This document shows positions 23,024 through 31,964 of a stretch of DNA of 64,000 nucleotides, in pieces. The position numbers were made by a program, and so were the translations under genes. Source of the stretch: Candidatus Latescibacterota bacterium (lineage in GTDB: Bacteria > Latescibacterota > UBA2968 > GCA-2709665); assembly GCA_965219995.1 (NCBI GenBank), contig CBDCOX010000002.1, forward strand, positions 2,336,001-2,400,000. Reading direction: 5' to 3'. Every line of letters begins with the position of its first letter. The stretch's first letter is position 1. Under the pieces are notes generated by a model. The model did no database searches. It was not told the origin of the DNA and was given only the letters and a program-made list of their open reading frames with translations.

Positions 23024-26000
23024 TTACCCGGACGTCCCGAAAGCATCCACAAACTCGAAGAAGTCCGCAAAGTTCACGATGCCGTTGCCGTCCAGGTCAT
23101 ATTGGGCGTCGGTGGTGCCGAAGGCGTCCACGAAATCGAAGAAGTCCGCGAAATTCACGATGCCGTCACCGTTGAAATCGGCCGTGACCTGTCCTTGCGA
23201 TCCAGTACAGTCCGACAGACTCAGCTTGTCCAGGTCATTACCGGAGACGTCTCGCAAGACCACGGGAACGCAACCTGTCAGGGAGTTGCCGGCGAGATAC
23301 AGTAAGCTCAACCTTGTCAGAACGGCCAACTCCATGGGGATCGACCCGGTCAACCGGTTCTGGTCCAGCCGCATCTCCTGCATCAAACTCAGGTTGCCCA
23401 ACTGGCTCGGGATCGACCCGGTCAACTGGTTGCCGAAGAGGAACAGTTGCCACAATTCGGTCAGATTACCCAGTTCCGTCGGAATCGATCCCGTCAACCG
23501 GTTGCCATGGAGGTTCAATATCCGCAACTGGGACAGGCTGCCCAGCCACGCGGGGATCGTCCCCGTCAACTGGTTATTCTGAAGGGCGAACTGCCGCAGG
23601 TTGAACAGGTTGCGCAGTTCCGCCGGAATCTGACCGGTCAACTGGTTGTTCATGAGGCCCAGGTGCGTCAACCCTGTCATCGCACCCAGTTCCTCCGGGA
23701 TCGTGCCGGTCAACTGGTTGTACGCGAGGTATAGCGCTTTCAGGCCGGTCAGACGGCTTAGACCCGCAGGTATCGTTCCGTTCAGACTTTCGTTCCAAAG
23801 TCTTAAATTCGTTACACGCTGCGGCGTCCCGGTGATGGTGACACCGTCCCAGCTGGAAATGGACGTGTTCTCAGACCAGTTCAGCGTCCCCGTCCCTCTC
23901 AGCGGATCCCGCGCCTCCAGCAGCGCGTTGCAGTCTGCCACCAGCCATGGGTTGGCAGACGGGTTGGACACCGCGCTGCCGGTTGCGCACGGTCCCTGCG
24001 CAACTGGGGCGCTTTCGACAGCCAGCGCCAGGCCGAAGGGATCGTCCAACCCGTCCGACCGGGTGACCAGATTCTCAACGTTGGATCCGTCCAGGTCCGC
24101 GCGCTGGATCCTGTCCCTGTCGAGATCGGTCCAGTACATCTTGCCGGCGCCCAGGTCCAGATCCACTTCGATGGGTTTGTCCAATCCGCGGGTGATAACG
24201 TCCTCGATATTGGAGCCGTCCAGGTCCGCGCGCCGGATCTCGCCCGTTTCACGATCCGTCCAGTACATCTTGCCGCCCGGCACGTCCAGCGCCAATCCGC
24301 TGGGGCTGCCGAGATCGCCTGAAACGCGGGTGACCAGGTTTTCCACGTTGGAACCGTCCAGGTTTGCGCGCTGAATCTTGTCTTCCGACGAGTCCGTCCA
24401 GTACAACTTGCCGCCGGACACGTCCAGCGCGAGGCCCGCGGGACTGTTCAATCCTTGAGTTACCAGATTCTCAACGTTCGAGCCGTCCAGGTCCGCGCGC
24501 TGAATCCTGTCCGTGCCCCAGTCCGTCCAGTACAACTTGCCGCCCGACGCGTCCACAGCGATCCAGACCGGCGTGTGCAACCCGCTGGTAATCACGTCTT
24601 CCGCGTTCGAGCCGTCCAGGTCCGCGCGCCGGATTTTATTCGTACCATCGTCTGTCCAGTACATCTTTCCGGCAGAAACGTCAACCGCCAGCCCGAAGGG
24701 GGTTCCCAGACCCCTCCTGACCACGGTTTCGACGTTAGCGCCATCCAGGTCCGCGCGCTGGATCCTGTCTGTCGCACCAAAGTCCGTCCAATACAGCAAC
24801 GGATTCGCCTCCCGTTCGCTCACGTCGGTCAGGTCAATCGTCACGTCAATCGTGGTGCTCCCGCCCTGCCCGTCGGACACCCGCACGGTGACCTCGTACC
24901 GATTCTTGACCTCGTAATCGTACGTGACGCCCGATCTGGTCTGCAGCTGGCCGCTGGTTGCAACGAGGTCGAAGCTCGCCGCGTCCGTGCCCTCCAGGCT
25001 GTAGGACAGTGTGCCGCCGTCGCGATCCGCCGCGCTGACGGGACTGCCGATGTTCTGTCCGGCTCCCGTGTTCTCGGCGAAGCTGCGCGTGGCGCTTGCG
25101 CCCTCGCTGAACGTTGGTATTCGATTGGCCGCAACGGTCTCAGCGGTGACCGGCAGTTGGGCCGTCAGCGCGGCGCCATTATAATTCGCGATCGCGCCGG
25201 CGCCCACGGTAAACGTGAGCGTCCCGTCCGCATCGAAGTCACCGTTGAACGTGAGCGTGACCGTCACTTTCGTGTCGTTCACGCGCTGCACGCCGAACGT
25301 GCCCACGGTAACACCCGTGATGCCCGAGACCGACACACCGCGACGCACGTCGAAGATCGAACTCGCGTATGTACCGCCCGATAGCGTCAGCGTAACCACA
25401 CTCCCGTTCAAGGTTGCTTCCGTCAGCGGAGACGTCGTCGAGGCCGCAACCGACTCCATACCCGCGCTCACCGGCAATTGCGCGGTCAGCGCGACGCCGC
25501 TGTAGCTTGCGATCGCGTCAGCGCCCACCGTGAACGTCAATGTCCCGTCCGCGTCGATATTCCCATTGAACCTGAGTTCAACCGTCACCTTCGTATCGCT
25601 CACCCGCTGGATGCCGAACGTGCCCACGCTCACACCCGTGATTCCTGAGACGGTGACGCCGCCCCGAACGTCGAAGATCGAACTCGCATAGGAACGACCC
25701 GTCAGGGTCAGGGTCACCACGCTGCTGTTCAGCGTCGCCTCCGTCAACGAACGCGTCGTTGACGCCACGACGGTTTCTTCCAGGGCCGTTACAGACACTT
25801 GCGCTGTGAGCGCAGCGCCGGTATAGTTCGCGATCGCATCCGAACCAATCGTGAACGTCAACGTGCCGTCAGCGTCGAAGTCGCCGTTGAACGTCAGTTC
25901 AATCGTGACCACCGTATCGCTCTTGCGCTGAATGCCGAACGTCCCGACGCTAACACCCGTGATGCCCGATACCGACACCCCGTCACGAACGTCGAAAATG

Positions 26001-27490
26001 GAACTCTCATACGCGCCGTCCGAGAGCGTCAGCGTCACCACGCTCCCATTCAGCGTCGCCTCCGTCAGCGGTGACGTCGTTGTCGCCGTCACCGATTCCA
26101 TCCCCGCGCTCACCGGCAACTGTGCCGTCAGCGCGGCGCCGTTGTAGTTCGCGATGGCGCCCGCCCCGACAGTGAACGTCAACGTCCCGTCCGCGTCGAT
26201 GTCCCCATTGAACGTCAGTTCAACCGTGACCACCGTATCACTCTTGCGCTGGATGCCAAACGTGCCCACGCTCACACCCGTGATGCCCGATACCGACACC
26301 CCGTCACGAACGTCGAAAATCGAACTCTCATACGCGCCGCCCGTCAACGTCAGCGTCACCACGCTCCCATTCAGCGTCGCCTCCGTCAGCGGTGACGTCG
26401 TTGTCGCCGTCACCGATTCCATCCCCGCGCTGACGGACAACTCCGCGGTCAGTGCGGCGCCGCTGTAGTTCGCGATGGCGCCCGCACCTACCGTGAACGT
26501 CAACGTGCCGTCCGCGTCGATGTCGCCGTTGAACGTCAGTTCAACCGTGACCACCGTATCACTCTTGCGCTGGATGCCGAACGTGCCCACGCTCACACCC
26601 GTGATGCCCGATACCGACACCCCGTCACGAACGTCGAAGATCGAACTCTCATACGCGCCGCCCGTCAACGTCAGCGTCACCACGCTCCCATTCAGCGTCG
26701 CCTCCGTCAGCGGTGACGTCGTTGTCGCCGTCACCGATTCCATCCCCGCGCTGACGGACAACTCCGCGGTCAGTGCGGCGCCGTTATAGGACTCAATCGC
26801 ATCCGACCCTACGGTAAACGTAAGCGTTCCGTCGCTGTCGATGTCGCCGTTGAAGTCCAGCTCTACCGTGACCTTGGTGTCGCTCACGCGCCGGACGCCG
26901 AACGTGCCAACGCTTACACCGGCAATCCCCGATACCGACACCCCGTCACGAACGTCGAAAATGGAACTCTCATACGCGCGTCCGGACAGCGTAAGCGTCA
27001 CCACGCTCCCGTCAAGCGTCGCCTCGGTCAGGGGACTGGCCGTCGACGCCTCCACCGATTCTTCCAGCGCGGTCACCGTTACCTCGTCGGTCAGTGCGGC
27101 GCCGTTATAGGACGCGACCGCGCCCGAACCCACCGTGAACGTCAACGTACCGTCCTCGTCGAAATCTCCATTGAAGTCCAGCTCTATTGTCAGTTTCGTG
27201 TCGCTTGCGCGCGATATCCCGAACGTGCCTACGCTTACGCCGGCAATCCCCGACACCGAAACCGCCCGTCGTATGTCGAAGATGGACCGCTCAAAGGTAC
27301 GGCCCGCCAGGACCACCGTCACTTCACTGCCGTTCAGGATCGCTTCGGTCAACGGGCTTGCCGTGGATACCGAAATCGACTCCTGCACCGCGGTAACCTG
27401 GCCGTAGGCCAGACCCGGCGCCGCGAATGCCGTCAAGACGAAAAGAGATATTGTCACGGCGAATCGTCGATTCACATGTGACCGTTTCAT
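23024..27490 (-). CDS. Large secreted adhesin-like protein: 7 x 107-aa beta-rich repeats + cadherin + YWTD propeller + plant-type LRR + dockerin-like module
   Basis: Signal peptide; repeats SPLTEATLNGSVVTLTL...TFNGDIDADGTLTFTVG; cadherin (AADRDG..YDYEVKNRYEVTVRVSDG); six YWTD; LxxNxLTGxIP 24-aa LRRs; ADFNGDGIVNFADFF. Confidence 0.85.
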   Translation of the reverse strand: MKRSHVNRRFAVTISLFVLTAFAAPGLAYGQVTAVQESISVSTASPLTEAILNGSEVTVVLAGRTFERSIFDIRRAVSVSGIAGVSVGTFGISRASDTKLTIELDFNGDFDEDGTLTFTVGSGAVASYNGAALTDEVTVTALEESVEASTASPLTEATLDGSVVTLTLSGRAYESSIFDVRDGVSVSGIAGVSVGTFGVRRVSDTKVTVELDFNGDIDSDGTLTFTVGSDAIESYNGAALTAELSVSAGMESVTATTTSPLTEATLNGSVVTLTLTGGAYESSIFDVRDGVSVSGITGVSVGTFGIQRKSDTVVTVELTFNGDIDADGTLTFTVGAGAIANYSGAALTAELSVSAGMESVTATTTSPLTEATLNGSVVTLTLTGGAYESSIFDVRDGVSVSGITGVSVGTFGIQRKSDTVVTVELTFNGDIDADGTLTFTVGAGAIANYNGAALTAQLPVSAGMESVTATTTSPLTEATLNGSVVTLTLSDGAYESSIFDVRDGVSVSGITGVSVGTFGIQRKSDTVVTIELTFNGDFDADGTLTFTIGSDAIANYTGAALTAQVSVTALEETVVASTTRSLTEATLNSSVVTLTLTGRSYASSIFDVRGGVTVSGITGVSVGTFGIQRVSDTKVTVELRFNGNIDADGTLTFTVGADAIASYSGVALTAQLPVSAGMESVAASTTSPLTEATLNGSVVTLTLSGGTYASSIFDVRRGVSVSGITGVTVGTFGVQRVNDTKVTVTLTFNGDFDADGTLTFTVGAGAIANYNGAALTAQLPVTAETVAANRIPTFSEGASATRSFAENTGAGQNIGSPVSAADRDGGTLSYSLEGTDAASFDLVATSGQLQTRSGVTYDYEVKNRYEVTVRVSDGQGGSTTIDVTIDLTDVSEREANPLLYWTDFGATDRIQRADLDGANVETVVRRGLGTPFGLAVDVSAGKMYWTDDGTNKIRRADLDGSNAEDVITSGLHTPVWIAVDASGGKLYWTDWGTDRIQRADLDGSNVENLVTQGLNSPAGLALDVSGGKLYWTDSSEDKIQRANLDGSNVENLVTRVSGDLGSPSGLALDVPGGKMYWTDRETGEIRRADLDGSNIEDVITRGLDKPIEVDLDLGAGKMYWTDLDRDRIQRADLDGSNVENLVTRSDGLDDPFGLALAVESAPVAQGPCATGSAVSNPSANPWLVADCNALLEARDPLRGTGTLNWSENTSISSWDGVTITGTPQRVTNLRLWNESLNGTIPAGLSRLTGLKALYLAYNQLTGTIPEELGAMTGLTHLGLMNNQLTGQIPAELRNLFNLRQFALQNNQLTGTIPAWLGSLSQLRILNLHGNRLTGSIPTELGNLTELWQLFLFGNQLTGSIPSQLGNLSLMQEMRLDQNRLTGSIPMELAVLTRLSLLYLAGNSLTGCVPVVLRDVSGNDLDKLSLSDCTGSQGQVTADFNGDGIVNFADFFDFVDAFGTTDAQYDLDGNGIVNFADFFEFVDAFGTSG
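25140..27390 (-). repeat. Intragenic tandem repeat, 321-bp (107-aa) unit x7
   Basis: Identical antisense ORF translations at 26154 and 26475 are offset by 321 bp; seven units are visible in the protein. Confidence 0.9.
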
Positions 27491-27503
27491 AACTCAGCAT
27501 CCC

Positions 27504-30500
27504 CTATTCGAATGTGCCCCTGGTGACACGTCCATCCTCAATGCTGCATCCTCCCGAGGAGATGCACGTATATCGGGTTCCATCCTGTAACTCGATCAGA
27601 CCGCCATTCTGAAAGCTGAGGACAGTACGTCCCCCGCTGCTTGTAAGACTCGCGCCGCTTAGACGCCTTGGCACAAAGAAGCCGGAGGGGAAATTCGGGA
27701 GCGCGTCACCGACGCCATAGGTCCCCCCACCGCTGCTGCCGCCAACCGCGCCAATGGCGAGTCCGGACGGGTCGACAAGCCCGTCGGCACTCGTGACGAG
27801 GTCTTCGACGTTTGAGCCGTCAAGATCCGCACGCTGGATCTTGTCCGCGTCCACGTCGGTCCAGTACATCTTGCCGCCGTCCACGTCCAGATCCAACCCT
27901 GTGGGCGTGTTCAAGCCCGTTGTGACCAGGTCTTCCACGTTGGAACCGTCCAGTCCGGCACGCTGGATGCTGGATGTTCCGCGGTCCGTCCAGTACATCT
28001 TGCCGCCGGACAGATCCAGCGCCAGGCCGGTGGGGCTGCTCAGGCCGTTCGTGACCAGGTCCTCCCCATTTGAGCCGTCAAGATCCGCGCGCTGGATCTT
28101 GTCCGAACCGGGGTTGGTCCAGTACATCTTGCCATTTGCCACGTCCAGGCCGATTTCACCGGGAAACGCCAGGCCGGACAGTGTGAGGAGGTCTTCAATA
28201 TTGGCGCCATCCAGATCCGCCCGTTGAATCTTGCTCGTCTGCCGGTTCGTCCAGTACATCTTGCCGCCTGCCACGTCCAGCGCCAGTCCGTACGGTACGC
28301 TCAGGCCGCTGGTGATCAGATCCTCCACGTTGGAACCGTCCAGGTTCGCGCGCTGGATCTTGTTCGTCCCCGCGTCCGTCCAGTACATCTTGCCGCCGGC
28401 CACGTCAAACGCAAGACCGTCCGGGCCGTTGAGCCCGGCGCCGCTGACCAGGTCTTCGACGTTCGAGCCGTCCAGATCGCCACGTTGAATCTTGTCCGTT
28501 CCCCAGTCCGTCCAGTAGAGCTTCGCGGTCCCCGTGGGAGGGGGTGTCGCCGTCGAGACGGTGATACTCACGGCAGCGGAGCAGTTGTTCCCCGTGTCGG
28601 ATTCGCCTGCCACGGCGTCCACACAGGCCCCGTAGTGATAGGTCCCTGCACTCGACGGCGCCGTCAGACGAATCGATAGAGCCGCATCGACCGTCCCGGG
28701 ATTGCCGCCCGATGCCGGAAGGACGCCAACCGCGCCCGTGCCGATTTCTGTGTCGGAGGTCGAAATCGACCCGTCGCTCGATTGGTAATAACGCAACGTC
28801 GTCGCCGGCGATTGACCATTTCCCTGGTTGCGCACCCTGACACCCAACGTGAAGGAAGCGCCGGTTTCCAGGCTGCTGCTGCTTACCGAAGGCGTCAGAA
28901 CGATCAGGTCGGCGGCGCCGCTTCCTCCTCCCGTGCCGGGTCCGCCCCCGCCTGTTGCCGGGGTCCCCACGGCCACGCCCGATGGATCGACGAGTCCGTT
29001 CGCGCCCGTGACCAGGTCTTCAATGCCCGATCCATCCAGGTTGGCGCGCTGCACCTTGTTCGTTCCCGCGTCGGCCCAGTACATCTTGCCGCCGGACACG
29101 TCCAGCGCCAGACCGTTCGGGCTGTGCAGGCCGCTGGTGACAAGGTCTTCCACCCCCGAGCCGTTCAGGTTGGACCGCTGGATTTTGTCCGAGCGCCGGT
29201 CCGTCCAGTACATCTTGCCGCCGGAGACATCAAGTGCGATTCCGGTGGGACTGCTCACACCGCTGGTGACAAGGTCTTCCACCCCCGAGCCGTTCAGGTT
29301 GGACCGTTGAATCTTGTTCGCGCCCGGATTCGTCCAGTACATCTTGCCGCCCGTCACGTCCAGCGCCAGACCGCCCGGAAACGTCAGACCGCTGGTGACA
29401 AGGTCTTCGGCGTTCGCGCCGCTGAGATCGGCCCGTTGGATCTTGTTCGTCTGCCGGTTCGTCCAGTACATCTTTCCGGACGATACGTCCAGGGCCAGAC
29501 CGTAAGGAATCCCGAGGCCCGTCACGAGGTCTTCCACTCCCGAGCCGTCCAGGTTCGCGCGTTGAATCTTGTTGGCGCCAGCGTCCGTCCAGTACATCTT
29601 GCCGCCGGCCGTATCCAGCGCGAGTCCATCCGGTCCATCCAGCCCGGCGCCGGTAACCAGGTCTTCAATCCCCGAGCCGTCCAGGTTGGACCGTTGGATC
29701 TTGTCCGTGCCCCAGTCCGTCCAGTAGAGCTTTGACGCTCCGTCGGCTGGCGGCGTCTGCGTCGTGACGGTTAAGGAAACGGAAGCCGAACAGTTGTTTC
29801 CGGTATTGGATTCTCCGGCCACCGCGTTGACGCACGCGCCGTAATAATAGGTGCCTGTACCCGACGGCGCCGTCAGGTTGATCGACTCGGCGCTCGAGCC
29901 GCCGGCCGGCAGTCCGCTCACCGCGTCCGTACCCACCTGGGCGTCACTGGTGGAAACCGTCGCGTCGGACGAGCGGTAGTAGCGCAACGTCGTCGCGGCG
30001 GACGATCCGTTTCCCTGATTGCGGACCGTTGCGTTCAGTGCAAACGGACCTCCCGCGGCCACTCTTGCGCTGCTGACCGAAGGTGACTGAACAACGAGGT
30101 CCGGGCTGCCGCCGCCACCGCCCGTTGAAGGCGGCGGACCGCCAAAGCTCTGCGCAAAGATCAGAAAATCGGTAAAATCAACGGAACCATCGGTATTCAG
30201 GTCTTGTGCCGCATTGTATCTCCCGTCCCCTTGCCGCGATCCGAACACGCTCGCGAAAACAAGAAAGTCAGCGAATCCAACGTGGTTATCGCCGTCGAAG
30301 TCGGGCGAAGGCGCGGCATTGAAAGTGACCTCACTGCCAGTGCTGAGTTCGTCGCTCGAGGTTGGGCTTTCCGCGAGTGTAACCGACTCGATGCCGATGG
30401 AAAACTCCCGCCCCGTAACGTCGGCAACGGTCGAAAACTCCGCACGCGCCAGAAAGCCCGAAGACGCCAATGTCACGGGCGAGGTGGCGGCGAGGTTAAC

Positions 30501-30827
30501 GCCGACGGACCCCTCCGGGACCGAAAGCCCGAATGCGCTGTTTTCGGCCTTTGCAAACGAAAGGAGGGAAGCATCGAAGTCGAATTTGATGATCATTCCT
30601 GCCAGGGACGTCCTCACGCCGGTCGCGAAAACCTCAACGGCAATGGTTGTGCCCCGGCCGGAAACTGTCCCCGACGTAACCCCGTCATCCGTCCGGTTTC
30701 CGGAGCCTCCACCGGGAATCAGGTCAAGCGACAACACGGCACTTGCATTGGGACCGGCGAAAGCCTGCCCTGCAAAGGCGACGACCGCGACCGCGGCAAT
30801 CAACAACAGAGTCCGTCTGGGAAGCAT
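27504..30827 (-). CDS. Secreted modular protein: cohesin-like + dockerin-like + 2 x (CARDB + YWTD propeller) + unassigned C-terminal domain
   Basis: Signal ending AFAGQAFA; N-terminal region closely paralogous to 14634-17333; two sets of six YWTD/N repeats; two YGACV..GESxTGNNCS modules. Confidence 0.85.
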   Translation of the reverse strand: MLPRRTLLLIAAVAVVAFAGQAFAGPNASAVLSLDLIPGGGSGNRTDDGVTSGTVSGRGTTIAVEVFATGVRTSLAGMIIKFDFDASLLSFAKAENSAFGLSVPEGSVGVNLAATSPVTLASSGFLARAEFSTVADVTGREFSIGIESVTLAESPTSSDELSTGSEVTFNAAPSPDFDGDNHVGFADFLVFASVFGSRQGDGRYNAAQDLNTDGSVDFTDFLIFAQSFGGPPPSTGGGGGSPDLVVQSPSVSSARVAAGGPFALNATVRNQGNGSSAATTLRYYRSSDATVSTSDAQVGTDAVSGLPAGGSSAESINLTAPSGTGTYYYGACVNAVAGESNTGNNCSASVSLTVTTQTPPADGASKLYWTDWGTDKIQRSNLDGSGIEDLVTGAGLDGPDGLALDTAGGKMYWTDAGANKIQRANLDGSGVEDLVTGLGIPYGLALDVSSGKMYWTNRQTNKIQRADLSGANAEDLVTSGLTFPGGLALDVTGGKMYWTNPGANKIQRSNLNGSGVEDLVTSGVSSPTGIALDVSGGKMYWTDRRSDKIQRSNLNGSGVEDLVTSGLHSPNGLALDVSGGKMYWADAGTNKVQRANLDGSGIEDLVTGANGLVDPSGVAVGTPATGGGGPGTGGGSGAADLIVLTPSVSSSSLETGASFTLGVRVRNQGNGQSPATTLRYYQSSDGSISTSDTEIGTGAVGVLPASGGNPGTVDAALSIRLTAPSSAGTYHYGACVDAVAGESDTGNNCSAAVSITVSTATPPPTGTAKLYWTDWGTDKIQRGDLDGSNVEDLVSGAGLNGPDGLAFDVAGGKMYWTDAGTNKIQRANLDGSNVEDLITSGLSVPYGLALDVAGGKMYWTNRQTSKIQRADLDGANIEDLLTLSGLAFPGEIGLDVANGKMYWTNPGSDKIQRADLDGSNGEDLVTNGLSSPTGLALDLSGGKMYWTDRGTSSIQRAGLDGSNVEDLVTTGLNTPTGLDLDVDGGKMYWTDVDADKIQRADLDGSNVEDLVTSADGLVDPSGLAIGAVGGSSGGGTYGVGDALPNFPSGFFVPRRLSGASLTSSGGRTVLSFQNGGLIELQDGTRYTCISSGGCSIEDGRVTRGTFE

Positions 30828-31008
30828 CGGGGAACACTCCTTTGATTCGACGACGATTTTGTTCTGCTACTTTGTCCGAATGTGGAATGCGTCACTTGTA
30901 CTCGCAATGCCTCAAGGGACCCACCTTCAGGTATTCGGCCATCAGGCGCGAGTTTGTTTCCGATGGCTGTATTAGGGGTCGCGCGAGTGCGCCGAGACGA
31001 ACCGGCGC

Positions 31009-31818
31009 CTACTTCAAAAGGAGCATCCTCCTGGTGGCCGAGAAACTGCCGGCCTGGATCCGATACAGATAGATGCCGCTGGCCACGCGACGGCCAAGCG
31101 CGTCCGTCCCGTCCCACGTGGCCGAAAACAATCCGGCATCCCTCCGTTCGTTCACCAGTTCGCGTACCTCCTGGCCCAGCAGATTATAGATGGCCAGCCG
31201 CACCTGCCCCGCCTCGGGAAGCTGAAAGCCGATCGCCGTGGACGGGTTGAACGGATTCGGGATATTCTGGTTCAGCCTATATTGGTCCGGCAGCGGCTTT
31301 AGATGGCCGATTTCAACGCGAGAGAGCATATCCACGGCGCCATCCACGCCTACCAACACGCTCTCGGACACCCGAAAGTCCGATGCCGAAGGCGTACCGC
31401 TGATTTTGAAGGTGAGCTCAACGAGCCTGCCGTTGCCGGTGGCGCCCTGCCCATCGGTTCTCACCGCCCCGATATTCAACTCACCGGGCGTGCGGTTCGA
31501 GGTCAGGAACAACGTTTCCTGACCCGAATCCGACTTGAGCAGGTTGCCGTCCGGTTCCCTTGCTTCCAGGAACTCATAGGTGGCGTCGTCGTATTGCAGC
31601 GTCAGGCCGTATCCCTTCAGGTTACTGGCCTGAGACAGCGTGAGACGCAACGTCAGGGTCCCGTCTTCGCCGGCCGATTCGTTCACGCGCTCCAGCTTGA
31701 GCGCCGCCGATGCGTTCTGCCCCCCGGTAATGGTCAACCCGCGGGTCATGTCTCCAGCCACCGCCGCACCGGTCAACACCAACGCCGAACATACCGCTGA
31801 AATTAGACGGAAATACAT
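31009..31818 (-). CDS. Secreted cohesin-like domain + FlgD-Ig/T9SS type A-like C-terminal sorting domain (putative adaptor scaffoldin)
   Basis: Signal peptide; cohesin pattern NLKGYGLTLQYDDATYEFL...GATGNGRLVELTFKI; CTD pattern LNQNIPNPFNPST.I.FQLP...AIYNLLGQEVR...WDGTD..G..VASGIYLYRI...RRMLLLK. Confidence 0.8.
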   Translation of the reverse strand: MYFRLISAVCSALVLTGAAVAGDMTRGLTITGGQNASAALKLERVNESAGEDGTLTLRLTLSQASNLKGYGLTLQYDDATYEFLEAREPDGNLLKSDSGQETLFLTSNRTPGELNIGAVRTDGQGATGNGRLVELTFKISGTPSASDFRVSESVLVGVDGAVDMLSRVEIGHLKPLPDQYRLNQNIPNPFNPSTAIGFQLPEAGQVRLAIYNLLGQEVRELVNERRDAGLFSATWDGTDALGRRVASGIYLYRIQAGSFSATRRMLLLK

Positions 31819-31940
31819 AACTGCCTCCTTTGTCTCGTCACCAGCCTGGTGACGTGGTGAGTACTGCTTACACTCGTGTTCCGTCCGGGAAACAGGTTGC
31901 CCGAAATCGGCCGCCGAGTCGCACGGATCGCATCCGACGA

Positions 31941-31964
31941 CCCTTCGACAAGCTCAGGGACCGC
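31941..31964 (+). repeat. REP-like repeat copy
   Basis: CCCTTCGACAAGCTCAGGGACCGC, the same family as 22873-22987. Confidence 0.55.

Noticed and set aside
25140-27390. Possible diversity-generating retroelement template/variable repeats
   Set aside because: The repeats are in-frame coding units with mostly synonymous-looking differences. I saw no adenine-specific pattern and no reverse transcriptase.
6369-31818. Interpretation as a true cellulosome or polysaccharide utilisation locus
   Set aside because: None of the tagged proteins shows a glycoside hydrolase, a recognisable CBM or SusC/SusD features.
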